Source: Polaromonas sp. | GTDB taxonomy: Bacteria > Pseudomonadota > Gammaproteobacteria > Burkholderiales > Burkholderiaceae_C | Direction: 5' to 3' | DNA length: 64,000 bases | NCBI GenBank assembly: GCA_043747295.1 | Contig: JAYTPK010000168.1 | Span: 9,121 to 73,120, forward strand | In this document: positions 1-8,834 of the stretch, piece after piece | How the letters are laid out: each line of letters starts with the position of its first letter | Numbering within the stretch: the stretch's first letter is position 1 | Translations under genes and position numbers: made by a program | The notes under the pieces: model-generated | What the model was told of the DNA's origin: nothing | The model's input: the letters and a program-made list of their open reading frames with translations, nothing else | Databases searched by the model: none

Positions 1-306
1 TGGTGCTGGGGATGCCACAGGTGACGCTGTTGTCACTGGACCACCTGCTACATCATTGACAGCGTTGGGGCTGCTAGCTCCTTGCAGGATTTTTGCTTTG
101 ACGTAGCTGAGCAAATCACCCGCACCTGATGCGGCTAACACGGGGGATGTAGTGGCAGGGTCAGGATCCACCACCGTCACAGGATTAACCACTGCAGGAC
201 TAGGTGATGCACCCCCGCCACCACATGCAGCAAGCCCTAAGCAGCACACCAGCACAGCAAGTATGGATGTAGTTTGCCTACCGGCATGGTTATCGTATGG
301 CAGCAT
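1..306 (-). CDS. lipoprotein, N-terminal part only (gene runs off window start)
   Basis: Minus-strand frame is open from ATG 304-306 to position 1. It is absent from the ORF track because it is open-ended. AAGGAG sits 7 nt upstream. N-terminus MLPYDNHAGRQTTSILAVLVCCLGLAACGGGG has a signal peptide and LAAC lipobox. Confidence 0.55.
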   Translation of the reverse strand, partial: MLPYDNHAGRQTTSILAVLVCCLGLAACGGGGASPSPAVVNPVTVVDPDPATTSPVLAASGAGDLLSYVKAKILQGASSPNAVNDVAGGPVTTASPVASPAP

Positions 307-348
307 AAAAACACTCCTTGGAATGAGGCTTGCAATGGGTTTGAAGTA

Positions 349-388
349 TTGACAAAAATCAATTTTGTGGGATAATATTCCACAAAAT
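349..388 (+). promoter_or_regulatory. sigma70-like promoter overlapped by a perfect 9-bp inverted repeat (candidate operator)
   Basis: TTGACA at 349-354, a 16-nt spacer, then GATAAT at 371-376. ATTTTGTGG (362-370) pairs with CCACAAAAT (380-388) across the -10 box. Confidence 0.4.
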
Positions 389-440
389 AGAATCCGTCAA
401 CTATTTTGCCCAAATTAAATTCCGATTGCTTGCTGCCTGC

Positions 441-1301
441 ATGTCCACCCGCTCGTCCATCGTTCTAGCTGCTGTGCTGCACCTGCTGAAACCGCTGGTG
501 CGCCTGATGCTGCGCCATGGCGTGGCCTACCCAAGCTTTGCTGCAGCACTCAAGCAGGTGTTTTTAGAGGCCGCGAAAGATGAACTTCAACAACAAGGCC
601 GCAGCCAAACCGACAGCGCCGTTAGCTTGTTGTCGGGGGTGCACCGGCGCGATGTGCGCACCCTGTCGAGTCCAAATGACGCGCCGCACCTAGCTGCCAA
701 CGCCCCTATGAACATGGCCACGCAGGTGGTAGCGCGCTGGCTTACGCACGACAACTATCTGTATGCCCAAGGTAACCCGCGCCCCTTGCAGCGCACCGAG
801 CCGCATGGTGGTTTTGACGGCTTAGTCGCCAGCATTAGCAGCGACATACGGCCGCGCGCCGTGCTGGACGAGCTGATCAGTTTAGGTATTGCCCAAGACA
901 CCCCCGAAGGCCTGAAATTATTAGAGCCCGGCCTGGTGCCCCGCCAAGGTTTTGAGGCCATGGCCACACTGCTGGGTGACAACGTGCGTGACCATATTGC
1001 AGCGGCCAGCAGCAATATCGACGGTAGTAATTTTTTAGAGCAAGCGATTTTTGTCGACCAAATCACCGAGCAGTCTGCACAGCACCTGCACGCCGTGTCG
1101 GCCAAGGCGTGGCGCACTGCATTTAAAACCGTGATGCAAGCGGCCTCACAGCGCTATGACCATGACCAAGCGCAGGCCTTGCCCAAGCAGCGTACCCACC
1201 GCATGCGCTTTGGTAGCTATTTCTACGCCAGTCCAACTACGGATGAGTCTGCAAAAAATGTGCCCGCACTGAAGACTGCACGTGCTAAAAAAAGCCCCTA
1301 A
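441..1301 (+). CDS. hypothetical protein (resembles DUF6502-type proteins)
   Basis: ORF 426..1301. The first ATG is at 441. N-terminal region LLKPLVRLMLRHGVAYPSFAAALKQVFLEAA is recalled as DUF6502-like. No catalytic motif recognised. Confidence 0.55.
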   Translation: MSTRSSIVLAAVLHLLKPLVRLMLRHGVAYPSFAAALKQVFLEAAKDELQQQGRSQTDSAVSLLSGVHRRDVRTLSSPNDAPHLAANAPMNMATQVVARWLTHDNYLYAQGNPRPLQRTEPHGGFDGLVASISSDIRPRAVLDELISLGIAQDTPEGLKLLEPGLVPRQGFEAMATLLGDNVRDHIAAASSNIDGSNFLEQAIFVDQITEQSAQHLHAVSAKAWRTAFKTVMQAASQRYDHDQAQALPKQRTHRMRFGSYFYASPTTDESAKNVPALKTARAKKSP

Positions 1302-1320
1302 AATCCACAACAGCCGCACC

Positions 1321-1872
1321 ATGAACCTAAGTCTTCGCCCCACTCTGGCCCTATTTGCAACAGCACTGCTTTGTGCTTTGCTGGCCGCAGGCTGCAGCCC
1401 AGGCACTGGCGGCACTGGCACAGGCCCCATTACCAGCAGCGGCACTGAGCTGCCAGGCACACCTGCAACTAATGCGCCCATTGGCACGCAGACACTGCCT
1501 GCGTCGCCTTCCAGTAATGGTGGCAGCGTCACTTACGTCAGCACGGCCACTGGGTCAGCCACGGTCACCGCGCTTTTGCAGGCAAGCAGCATTGTTATCA
1601 GCCAAGGCTGCGGCATCTTCAGCTACCAAGGCCAATGGGCTGTCGCCCTCGATGGCAGCATCACGGTACGCGGTCAATACACCATTGAAAACCTCAGCCC
1701 AACTGTGCCCGTGCCAACGCCGCAGGTAGCTACTGCTGTACTGCGAATATCGAATGCGGGAAACACAGCTACTGTGAATGTGGTGGACGCCGCGGGCAAC
1801 GAACTGATTGCACCCACAGTGCTGACCCGCAGTACGGCCTCGCCTGCGCCACCTAATTCTGCGGGCTGCTGA
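1321..1872 (+). CDS. lipoprotein, unknown function
   Basis: Internal ATG of ORF 1282..1872. MNLSLRPTLALFATALLCALLAAGC has a signal peptide and lipobox, followed by a Gly/Thr/Pro-rich linker. Confidence 0.6.
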   Translation: MNLSLRPTLALFATALLCALLAAGCSPGTGGTGTGPITSSGTELPGTPATNAPIGTQTLPASPSSNGGSVTYVSTATGSATVTALLQASSIVISQGCGIFSYQGQWAVALDGSITVRGQYTIENLSPTVPVPTPQVATAVLRISNAGNTATVNVVDAAGNELIAPTVLTRSTASPAPPNSAGC

Positions 1873-1880
1873 AACGCTCA

Positions 1881-1948
1881 CTATCAAATTAATAGCTGTC
1901 TAAGCAATGAATACTTGGACTACAAAGCTATTTAGCACCTAAAAGCGC
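1881..1948 (-). repeat. dispersed repeat family, copy 1 (intergenic)
   Basis: CTATCAAATTAATAGCTGTCTAAGCAATGAATACTTGGACTACAAAGCTATTTAGCACCTAAAAGCGC matches the reverse complement of the family core. Confidence 0.8.
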
Positions 1949-1958
1949 ACTCAACAGC

Positions 1959-2477
1959 TTAAAAAGTACCTACATAGTCCTTCTTACCCACATCCACGCC
2001 GTTATGCCGCAAAACGCTGTACGCCGTAGTGGTGTGAAAGAAAAAGTGTGGCAGTGCGTAGTTCAGCAAATACGACTGACCCGTAAAACGCTTTTCTTTT
2101 GGTGTACCCGCTTGCGTCACGATCTCGCGTGTGGCGGCTTGGTCAAACGCTGCCACGTCTAAGCTGGCCATAAATTTTATAACCGCTGCAATACGCTCTT
2201 GCAGTTGGTCAAACGTTAGTTCTGTGTCAGCCATCACAGGCACTTCTACACCGGCTAGGCGTGCGGCAGCGCCTTTGGCAAAATCGCAAGCTACTTGCAC
2301 TTGGCGCAGCAAACCAAACATGTCAGGAAACAACCGCGCCTGCAGATATGCGTTAGGGTCAATACTTTTAGCAGTGGCATGCGCCTGCGCCTTGGCTAGC
2401 ACGGCACTCAGACCGCCCAGCAGCTGGGTAAAAACTGGCACGCTGGCGGAATACATCATGTTGGAGGTGGTGGTCAT
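1959..2477 (-). CDS. DUF1993 domain protein
   Basis: 172 aa. MTTTSNMMYSASVPVFTQLLGGLSAVLAKAQAHA and the C-terminal FFFHTTTAYSVLRHNGVDVGKKDY are typical of DUF1993. Confidence 0.8.
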   Translation of the reverse strand: MTTTSNMMYSASVPVFTQLLGGLSAVLAKAQAHATAKSIDPNAYLQARLFPDMFGLLRQVQVACDFAKGAAARLAGVEVPVMADTELTFDQLQERIAAVIKFMASLDVAAFDQAATREIVTQAGTPKEKRFTGQSYLLNYALPHFFFHTTTAYSVLRHNGVDVGKKDYVGTF

Positions 2478-2650
2478 GAAAAGCTTTCTGTATGGATAAA
2501 AGTAGGCGTATGCTGTGCAAAACTAAGCTCGATTGTCGCCGGGATTGCAGCGCAGATACCAGCGTAACCAAAAAAGCCTTTGGCTTGCGCCACAATCTGA
2601 CCAGTTCATCTTAATTGCCTACTTCAAAGCTTCATCTCCAACACTGCCCC

Positions 2651-4015
2651 ATGGACCAACTGCAATCGCTGCTCAATAGTTTTTTTGCTTTCAAAGCCTA
2701 CGTGATGCTGCCCATCATCATCTTTGCTATCGCGCTGGCCGTGCGGTTGCCGCTGCAGCAGGCGCTGCACAGCAGTGTGTCGCTAGCTGCTGGCTTTGCT
2801 GGGGTGTTTATTGCATTTAACTTCTTCGTAGCCAATATCAGCCCTGCAGTGCAGCAGCTGTCTACGGTGCGGGGCTTAAGCTACCCGGTACTAGATGTGG
2901 GCTGGCCTCCGCTGGCGGCCATCACCTGGGCATCGCCACTGGCCATCATCTCGATACCGATGGTGCTGGTGCTAAACCTCACCATGCTGGCACTGGGCCT
3001 TACGCGCACGATCTACATTGATATTTGGAACTACTGGCACTTTGCCTTGCTGGGCGCATTGGTGATGACCAGCACAGGCAGCATGGCGCTGGGCTTGTCG
3101 GCCGTAGTGATTGTGGCGGTGTATTGCTTCAAAATGGCCGAATGGTCGGCACCTGATATTGAGCGTGAGATGGGCTTGAAAGGCATCTCAGCGTCACCTG
3201 TGTCCGTCAATGGCTTGGTGCCCTACATTGCTTGCATGGAGTGGTTGATTCAGCGCACACCACTTAAATCGGTGGGCTACTTTCCACAGCGCGATACTCA
3301 GCCTGGCCAAGAGCGTGCAGGCCTTAGTATCGTCAGCTTGCTTAGCGAGCCTATGGTGATGGGCCTGTGCATGGGTATCGCGCTAGCACTGGCTGCGGGC
3401 TATGGTGTGCAAGCTACGCTAGAGTTGGGCGTGCACATTGCAGCGGTGATGTTTATCTTGCCCCAGTGCGGGGGTTTAATCGGCAAAGCCATGATGCCCA
3501 TTACCAGCGCGTTGCGTGACCAAGTGACGCGCCGCTTTCCCAGCCGCACTAACCTCGTGGTGGCGCTGGACACCGGTTTTTTGATGGGCCACAGAGCCGT
3601 CATCATGACGGGGCTGATATTGATGGCCTTGGCCATTGTGATTGCGCTCATTTTGCCCGGCAACAAAGTGCTGCCACTGGGAGATTTGCCCAACCTGATC
3701 TCAGTCATGTCGCTGGCTGTGCTGATGCTGCGCGGCAATGTGCTGCATGCAGTGCTGACGGGTATCCCGGTGATCATCACATTTTTGCTGATTGCGTCTG
3801 ACATGGCACCGCTGTACACCAGCCTTGCACTTAAAACACCGTCATTTAACGCCCAAGGCTTGGGGCAAATTACCGCTTTCACCGACGGTGGGCACCAAGT
3901 GCGTTATGTGCTGTTTGCGCTGTACCAAGGCCAGTTGTGGGCTTGGCTGGCGCTGGTGGGGTTGGTAGCAGCCAGCGCGCTGGCTTGGCGCAGGTACGTT
4001 CGCGCAAGCGCTTAG
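2651..4015 (+). CDS. PTS galactitol-family EIIC-like permease (GatC homolog), orphan
   Basis: Multi-TM protein. LDVGWPPLAAITWAS and YIDIWNYWH match E. coli GatC segments (VDVGWPGSSPMTWAS, NVDIWNIWH). ATG at 2651 within ORF 2615..4015. Confidence 0.8.
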   Translation: MDQLQSLLNSFFAFKAYVMLPIIIFAIALAVRLPLQQALHSSVSLAAGFAGVFIAFNFFVANISPAVQQLSTVRGLSYPVLDVGWPPLAAITWASPLAIISIPMVLVLNLTMLALGLTRTIYIDIWNYWHFALLGALVMTSTGSMALGLSAVVIVAVYCFKMAEWSAPDIEREMGLKGISASPVSVNGLVPYIACMEWLIQRTPLKSVGYFPQRDTQPGQERAGLSIVSLLSEPMVMGLCMGIALALAAGYGVQATLELGVHIAAVMFILPQCGGLIGKAMMPITSALRDQVTRRFPSRTNLVVALDTGFLMGHRAVIMTGLILMALAIVIALILPGNKVLPLGDLPNLISVMSLAVLMLRGNVLHAVLTGIPVIITFLLIASDMAPLYTSLALKTPSFNAQGLGQITAFTDGGHQVRYVLFALYQGQLWAWLALVGLVAASALAWRRYVRASA

Positions 4016-4051
4016 ACCCTCGCGCCAGCACGTAATTTGTTTGCTGTTATC

Positions 4052-4081
4052 TTATTTACCGTTAACTTATTTGCCGTTGAT
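4052..4081. repeat. 15-nt tandem duplication spanning the FKBP gene stop codon
   Basis: TTATTTACCGTTAAC followed by TTATTTGCCGTTGAT (12/15 identical). The second unit holds the real stop and last 4 codons (INGK*). A weaker third unit may lie upstream. Confidence 0.6.
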
Positions 4082-4528
4082 GGCCAACAGTTCAACTTCA
4101 AAAAGCAGCGTAGCGTTAGGTGGAATCACACCCCCCGCACCGCGCGAGCCATAGGCAATAGCCGCTGGGCAAGTTAGCTTAGCCTTGCCGCCCACTTTCA
4201 TCATGCCCACGCCCTCGGTCCAGCATGGGATAACGCGGTTCAGCGGGAACTCGGTAGGTTCACCGCGCTTGTAGGAGCTGTCAAATTCTTTGCCATCGGG
4301 AAAAGTGCCTTTGTAATGCACTTTTACTTTATCGCTGGCTTCAGGGCTAGCGCCCTTGCCTTCGGTCAGGGCTAAATACACCAAGCCGCTTTTAGTCACC
4401 ACTGCGCCTTTTTCTTTGGCAGACGCGGCAGCCACGGCATCGGTTTGGGCCAAAGACACACTGCACACTGACAACAAAGCCACGGCCAAAGCTGATGACA
4501 ATCCAGTCGAATGGGTAGAAAAACGCAT
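4067..4528 (-). CDS. FKBP-type peptidyl-prolyl cis-trans isomerase, secreted
   Basis: Signal peptide MRFSTHSTGLSSALAVALLSVCSVSLAQ. FKBP motifs VHYKGTFPDGKEFDSSY and YGSRGAGGVIPPNATLLFEVELL. Confidence 0.9.
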   Translation of the reverse strand: MRFSTHSTGLSSALAVALLSVCSVSLAQTDAVAAASAKEKGAVVTKSGLVYLALTEGKGASPEASDKVKVHYKGTFPDGKEFDSSYKRGEPTEFPLNRVIPCWTEGVGMMKVGGKAKLTCPAAIAYGSRGAGGVIPPNATLLFEVELLAINGK

Positions 4529-4620
4529 AGGGAGTCCTTTAATAAAATGCAGGAAAGATTACATGCCAAATCTTATCAGGTGATGGGCTTGGCGGCAGCG
4601 TTGCTTGCGATCACAAGTGC

Positions 4621-5685
4621 TTAAGGTGAGCCCCAGCCTGTTAAACCACCCCAGCCTGTTACACGCTCCCACATGCCTTTTTTCTCTGGCTCGGCTGCGT
4701 AAAAAGCGTCTGCACGAATTTGGTTGCCCGGCGCACCGCGCATAGTGGCCAGGCTGACTACAGCATCCACCATCGGAGGCGGCCCGGCGGCATAAATGCG
4801 CGCGTTGTGCAGCGTTTGAAAGTCTTTGCCCACTGCCTCGTGCACCAAGCCTTGGCGGCTGTTGTCCACTTGCTGCTCTGAAAAAACGGGTATAAATTTA
4901 AAACCATACTCTTGCGCGCGGCTGCCCACGCGGTCGCTGGCATATAGGTCACGCTCGCCACGCACACCGTGGTACACATGAATCTGCTCTGGTGGCATGC
5001 CCGCATGTAACGCAGCGTTCAGCACCGACATCATGGGTGCCATGCCTGTGCCACCGGCCAGCAGCAGCAACGGGCCCTGACGCGCGCCCTCGGGGTCCTC
5101 CCAGTACGCCTCACCAAACGGGCCACGTACTTCTACGGTTTCACCGTTTTTCAACTGGTTGACAACATATTCACTGACCGCACCACCTGGCACGATGCGG
5201 ATATGAAACTCTAAATCGGCATCGCCCGGCTGGCTGGCCATGGAATAGCTGCGTACCGGCAGCTTGGCAAAGCGCAGTTTGGCAAATTGGCCTGGGTGAA
5301 AGGCCAATGACTGCCCAGGCGGCGGCGACAGGCGCAGCACCATCACATCATGCGCGGCGTGGCCCAAGTAGTTGACCTTAGTGAGCAGCTTGACCATGGG
5401 CATGGGCGTTGTAGCGGTAGACAGCCAACGTACTTTCACGTCGCTGACAACCCGCGCGCGACAGGCCAAAATAATATTGCGGCTACGCTCTTCGTCTGTC
5501 AACGCCTCAGGGCTGTAGGGGTCCATCTTGACCTCGCCGCTGAGTAGCTGGGTTTTGCAGCTGCCGCATTCACCCGTGCCGCAGCCATGCGGATATGGCA
5601 CGCCAGCGTCTAGCGATGCCTCCAGGATACGCAACTTGCGCGCCTCAATGGGCGCGGGCCACTGCTCAAGGTGAATCAGTGCCAT
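4621..5685 (-). CDS. 2Fe-2S ferredoxin fused to an FAD/NAD(P)-binding ferredoxin-reductase-type oxidoreductase
   Basis: N-terminal plant-type ferredoxin cysteines CGTGECGSCK...C. RSYSMAS FAD motif and LLLAGGTGMAPMMS NAD(P) motif. Trp-rich tail VTGWGG/LTGWGS arises from an 18-nt in-frame duplication (4627-4662). Confidence 0.85.
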   Translation of the reverse strand: MALIHLEQWPAPIEARKLRILEASLDAGVPYPHGCGTGECGSCKTQLLSGEVKMDPYSPEALTDEERSRNIILACRARVVSDVKVRWLSTATTPMPMVKLLTKVNYLGHAAHDVMVLRLSPPPGQSLAFHPGQFAKLRFAKLPVRSYSMASQPGDADLEFHIRIVPGGAVSEYVVNQLKNGETVEVRGPFGEAYWEDPEGARQGPLLLLAGGTGMAPMMSVLNAALHAGMPPEQIHVYHGVRGERDLYASDRVGSRAQEYGFKFIPVFSEQQVDNSRQGLVHEAVGKDFQTLHNARIYAAGPPPMVDAVVSLATMRGAPGNQIRADAFYAAEPEKKGMWERVTGWGGLTGWGSP

Positions 5686-5691
5686 GGTGTG

Positions 5692-7341
5692 TTACTGCAG
5701 TTTAATTTTCATGGGAATAGCGTGGCGGGTGTGACGCACTTGGTTATGGTCAAACACAGACACCCACATGTAGTTGCCCGTCGCAATAGGTTGGTCGTAT
5801 TTGGAACCCGTGTTCAACACGCGCGATGCCTCCAGGGTCCACCAGCCGTCCTTCCACTGCGCATGGGCACTCACGTCACCGCGGTCACCCATATGCGGGC
5901 CATCAATAATGGCCGATGGGATGACGGTGCCCACCGGAATAGCCGCATCTGCTTCTGCTGTAAAAGGCTGCAGGTCAGCGCGTGCCATCCAATACTTGCC
6001 ATCGTCGCTAGCGTTGGTGTCAGGGTTAAATTTACCCATCTCAGCTTGTTGAGCCGCTAGGTTTTTGGGCAGAAATTTGACCTTGACGTACGGGCTGTCT
6101 TTGATACGCTCAAAATTCTGATCGTAGCCACCACCAGTTTTCGGGTCTTGGGTATAACCGCCCGTATAGCGTCCGGGTTTTACATCCATCAGCGCGCCAA
6201 AGTAGTTGTCATCAAATTGGTTAAACGCCCCTGTGCGCACGCTCTTCCAGTGCCACACGTCGGCTAAGCTACCGTCCGTGGCAGCATGCAGACCCAAGCC
6301 GTTGGAGGGACCTGGCTTGTCCGCAAATGGCTTGGCACCCAAGCGCACGGTGTTGCCACCAGCAACGGGAGATTCGGCAATCATCACAGCAAACTTATCT
6401 TCGTAGAATTCGTTCTCGTCGTTGTTGTAGTAGTTGCTATGCAACAGCTTCCAGCCTTGGGCTGTTTTTTGCAGTGGAATATGTTTTTGGCTGCGCGTGG
6501 GGTCTTGCCACTTAAACAAGAAGTAGGCTTTGTTGCCATCGTGCAGTGCACGCACATACACAGGCACTTCGCCGCTTTTATCGGCCAGGTTAAAACCGCG
6601 CGACGTATGCACTTTGACTTCTGGTGCTTGCTGCCATATCGCGTCGTCACCTTTTCCATCGAGCACAGGCAAGGTAGTAGTTTTGATCACACTGAGTGTC
6701 ATCTGGGCAGTTTGATCCGCTACATAAGCCATAGCTGCACCGCCCAGGCCTGCAGCGGTTGCAAACACCGCACCCATGCCGTAGGCTAAGCGCGGGGTCA
6801 AAATTTTCAGCAGATGGCGAAAACCACCCAGCACCACATGGGCCACTACATGCAATCCCATGTAGACCACAAAACCCCAAGACAGCCACTGGTGCACAAG
6901 AATCAACGGGTCGGTGGGCAATAAGCCTGGAGAAAAGTACACCCAAGTACCTGTGAATGCTGCACCAGCCAGCAACACAAACGATACCCAGTAAATCAAG
7001 CGGTTAATGGCCTGCCAGCGGGTGGCGTGATCTGCACTTTTCAATGCCGACAGGCGCAGGGACAAACGCGCACCCAAACCCATGCGCCACAAAAAAACAA
7101 CATAAGCAATAACCAGTGCGGTCAGCACCGAGGCACTTACAAAGTGCCAGCGCAGCACGTTACCTTGAATCACCAGCACATCCAGCCATTTCAGCAAGCC
7201 CGTGCTGTCGGTCATGCTGGCAATGCGCCAGCCCGTGGACACGCTGGCCAGCAAGGCTATAACCAGACCCCAGTGGATTAACACGGTGGGAAGGTCAGAA
7301 GATTTTGAAGTGCGTTGTAGCAATGTTTTTGTTTGGTTCAT
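5692..7341 (-). CDS. membrane cytochrome b (b561/Ni-hydrogenase type) fused to a periplasmic EB_dh (ethylbenzene-dehydrogenase-like, DOMON-type) heme domain
   Basis: The N-terminal 210 aa carry about 5 TM helices with the HWGLV start typical of PF01292-type proteins. The C-terminal domain has LDGKGDDAIWQQAP, ALHDGNKAYFLFKWQD and DVWHWKSVRT, typical of EB_dh domains. It ends 6 nt upstream of the reductase gene. Confidence 0.75.
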   Translation of the reverse strand: MNQTKTLLQRTSKSSDLPTVLIHWGLVIALLASVSTGWRIASMTDSTGLLKWLDVLVIQGNVLRWHFVSASVLTALVIAYVVFLWRMGLGARLSLRLSALKSADHATRWQAINRLIYWVSFVLLAGAAFTGTWVYFSPGLLPTDPLILVHQWLSWGFVVYMGLHVVAHVVLGGFRHLLKILTPRLAYGMGAVFATAAGLGGAAMAYVADQTAQMTLSVIKTTTLPVLDGKGDDAIWQQAPEVKVHTSRGFNLADKSGEVPVYVRALHDGNKAYFLFKWQDPTRSQKHIPLQKTAQGWKLLHSNYYNNDENEFYEDKFAVMIAESPVAGGNTVRLGAKPFADKPGPSNGLGLHAATDGSLADVWHWKSVRTGAFNQFDDNYFGALMDVKPGRYTGGYTQDPKTGGGYDQNFERIKDSPYVKVKFLPKNLAAQQAEMGKFNPDTNASDDGKYWMARADLQPFTAEADAAIPVGTVIPSAIIDGPHMGDRGDVSAHAQWKDGWWTLEASRVLNTGSKYDQPIATGNYMWVSVFDHNQVRHTRHAIPMKIKLQ

Positions 7342-7557
7342 GGCGGTATAAATTTCTGTTTACTTACAAAAATGTTGTAGTTCGTGACCTTGAACCTCAA
7401 TAAAAACACATAAAGACACGAAATATACAACTGCAGTACTATATGCATATCATTGTCACTTCATTGTCAATACTCACCAATAACCCTGCAGAACATTAAG
7501 AATTAGAATACTTCAAGGTGTAAATGTGGTAATTTAGCGTCTAAAGAAGGAGTAAAT

Positions 7558-8703
7558 GTGAAAAATTACACAAAATTTGGGCGCTCGCTTGTCGCCTTAT
7601 TGCTTACAAGTAGTGTGCTTTGCAGCACAACAGCGCATGCCGAACCCGGCGTAGGTACGAACGAAATTGTTATCGGGCAAAGCATTGGTTTGCAAGGCGG
7701 CAAAGACGCTTTTGCTGTTGCAGTCAACCAAGGCGTTAAGCTGTACATAGACTCTGTCAATGCAGCAGGTGGTGTGTCGGGGCGCAAACTGATCATCAAA
7801 GCACTGGATGACGAAGGCAAAGGAGCCACAGCAGAGGCCAATGCCCGCAAACTGGTCGACGAAGGCGTATTTTTACTGTTTGGCTCTATTGGCGGTGGCC
7901 CAAGCACGGGGGTGATGAAGGTCGCTAACGAAAAACAAATCCCGTTCTTTGGCCCAATGGCTGGCTCGCCAGTGCTGCGCCGCCCACACCAAGCCATGGT
8001 GTTCCCGGTGCGCGCCGAGCACCGCGAGGAGTTTCGCAGCTTGTTAACTGCCGCTAAAAGCCTGGGTTTGACCAATGTGGCGTTTATGTACAGCGACTCT
8101 GAAGTTGGCAAGATGCACTTAGAAAATGTGAAGATTGCTACCAAAGATTTTGGCCAGCAGCTGGTGCTGCCTATCCCCGTAAAAGGCGACACCACCGATG
8201 CGCAGCTGGACGAGGCGGTAGCTGCCATGGAGAAAAACAAAGTCACCGTCCTGCTGCACAACGCACCTGGCAAGCTGTTTGCCAAAGTGGTGCAAAAAGC
8301 CAAAGCCAAAGGCTTGACGATTCAGTTCATGGGCGTGAATCAAGAGTCGTTTGAAATAGCCAAAATGCTTGGCAAAGATGCGGATGGCATTACGTTTGCC
8401 CAAGTGGTGCCCAGCCCATGGCAACGCAAACGCGAGCTGGCGCGTGAATACCAAGAGATGGCCAGCAAAGCAAAAATTGAGCTGAACTATGGCAGCTTGG
8501 AGGGTTTTATGACCGCCAAGGCACTGGTGATGGCGCTGCGGTCCACTGGCAAACAGCTTACCCGCACCAGCTTTGTCAAAACCGTGGAGCGCAGCGAGTT
8601 TGACCTGGGTGGGCTGATTGTTAAGTACACGCCAGGTGACCACCAGGGCTCCAAGTTTGTAGATTTATCACTGCGCTCACGTGATGGTATTTTTTTGCAT
8701 TGA
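7558..8703 (+). CDS. ABC transporter substrate-binding protein, Leu/Ile/Val-binding family, orphan
   Basis: GTG start 8 nt after AAGGAG. Signal peptide ends in AHA. EIVIGQSIGLQGG and the overall pattern fit type-I periplasmic binding proteins. No permease gene is adjacent. Confidence 0.8.
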   Translation: MKNYTKFGRSLVALLLTSSVLCSTTAHAEPGVGTNEIVIGQSIGLQGGKDAFAVAVNQGVKLYIDSVNAAGGVSGRKLIIKALDDEGKGATAEANARKLVDEGVFLLFGSIGGGPSTGVMKVANEKQIPFFGPMAGSPVLRRPHQAMVFPVRAEHREEFRSLLTAAKSLGLTNVAFMYSDSEVGKMHLENVKIATKDFGQQLVLPIPVKGDTTDAQLDEAVAAMEKNKVTVLLHNAPGKLFAKVVQKAKAKGLTIQFMGVNQESFEIAKMLGKDADGITFAQVVPSPWQRKRELAREYQEMASKAKIELNYGSLEGFMTAKALVMALRSTGKQLTRTSFVKTVERSEFDLGGLIVKYTPGDHQGSKFVDLSLRSRDGIFLH

Positions 8704-8788
8704 TAGTGTTTATAGCTATATGCTACTAATTTCATAGCTGCTTAAGTAGTAAATACTTGGACTACAGCCCATTTAGATAGGTAAAAGG
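8704..8788 (-). repeat. dispersed repeat family, copy 2 (intergenic, with internal partial duplication)
   Basis: ...TTTCATAGCTGCTTAAGTAGTAAATACTTGGACTACAGCCCATTTAGATAGGTAAAAGG. An extra ATAGCTATATGCTAC segment lies at the 5' side. Confidence 0.8.
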
Positions 8789-8815
8789 CTCCTGAACCGT
8801 AGTTCAGGAGCCTTT
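8784..8815. terminator. bidirectional hairpin terminator between convergent genes
   Basis: Perfect 14-bp stem AAAGGCTCCTGAAC / GTTCAGGAGCCTTT with loop CGTA, flanked by A and T runs. Confidence 0.6.
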
Positions 8816-8834
8816 AAACCATCGTAATCAGAGA

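Noticed and set aside
152-352. 66-aa plus-strand ORF at the window start
   Set aside because: It is antisense to the open-ended lipoprotein gene, which has a good RBS, signal peptide and lipobox.
7566-8309. 247-aa ORF antisense to the Leu/Ile/Val-type binding-protein gene
   Set aside because: It is a shadow ORF. It has no RBS or motifs, and the opposite strand encodes a well-supported secreted SBP.
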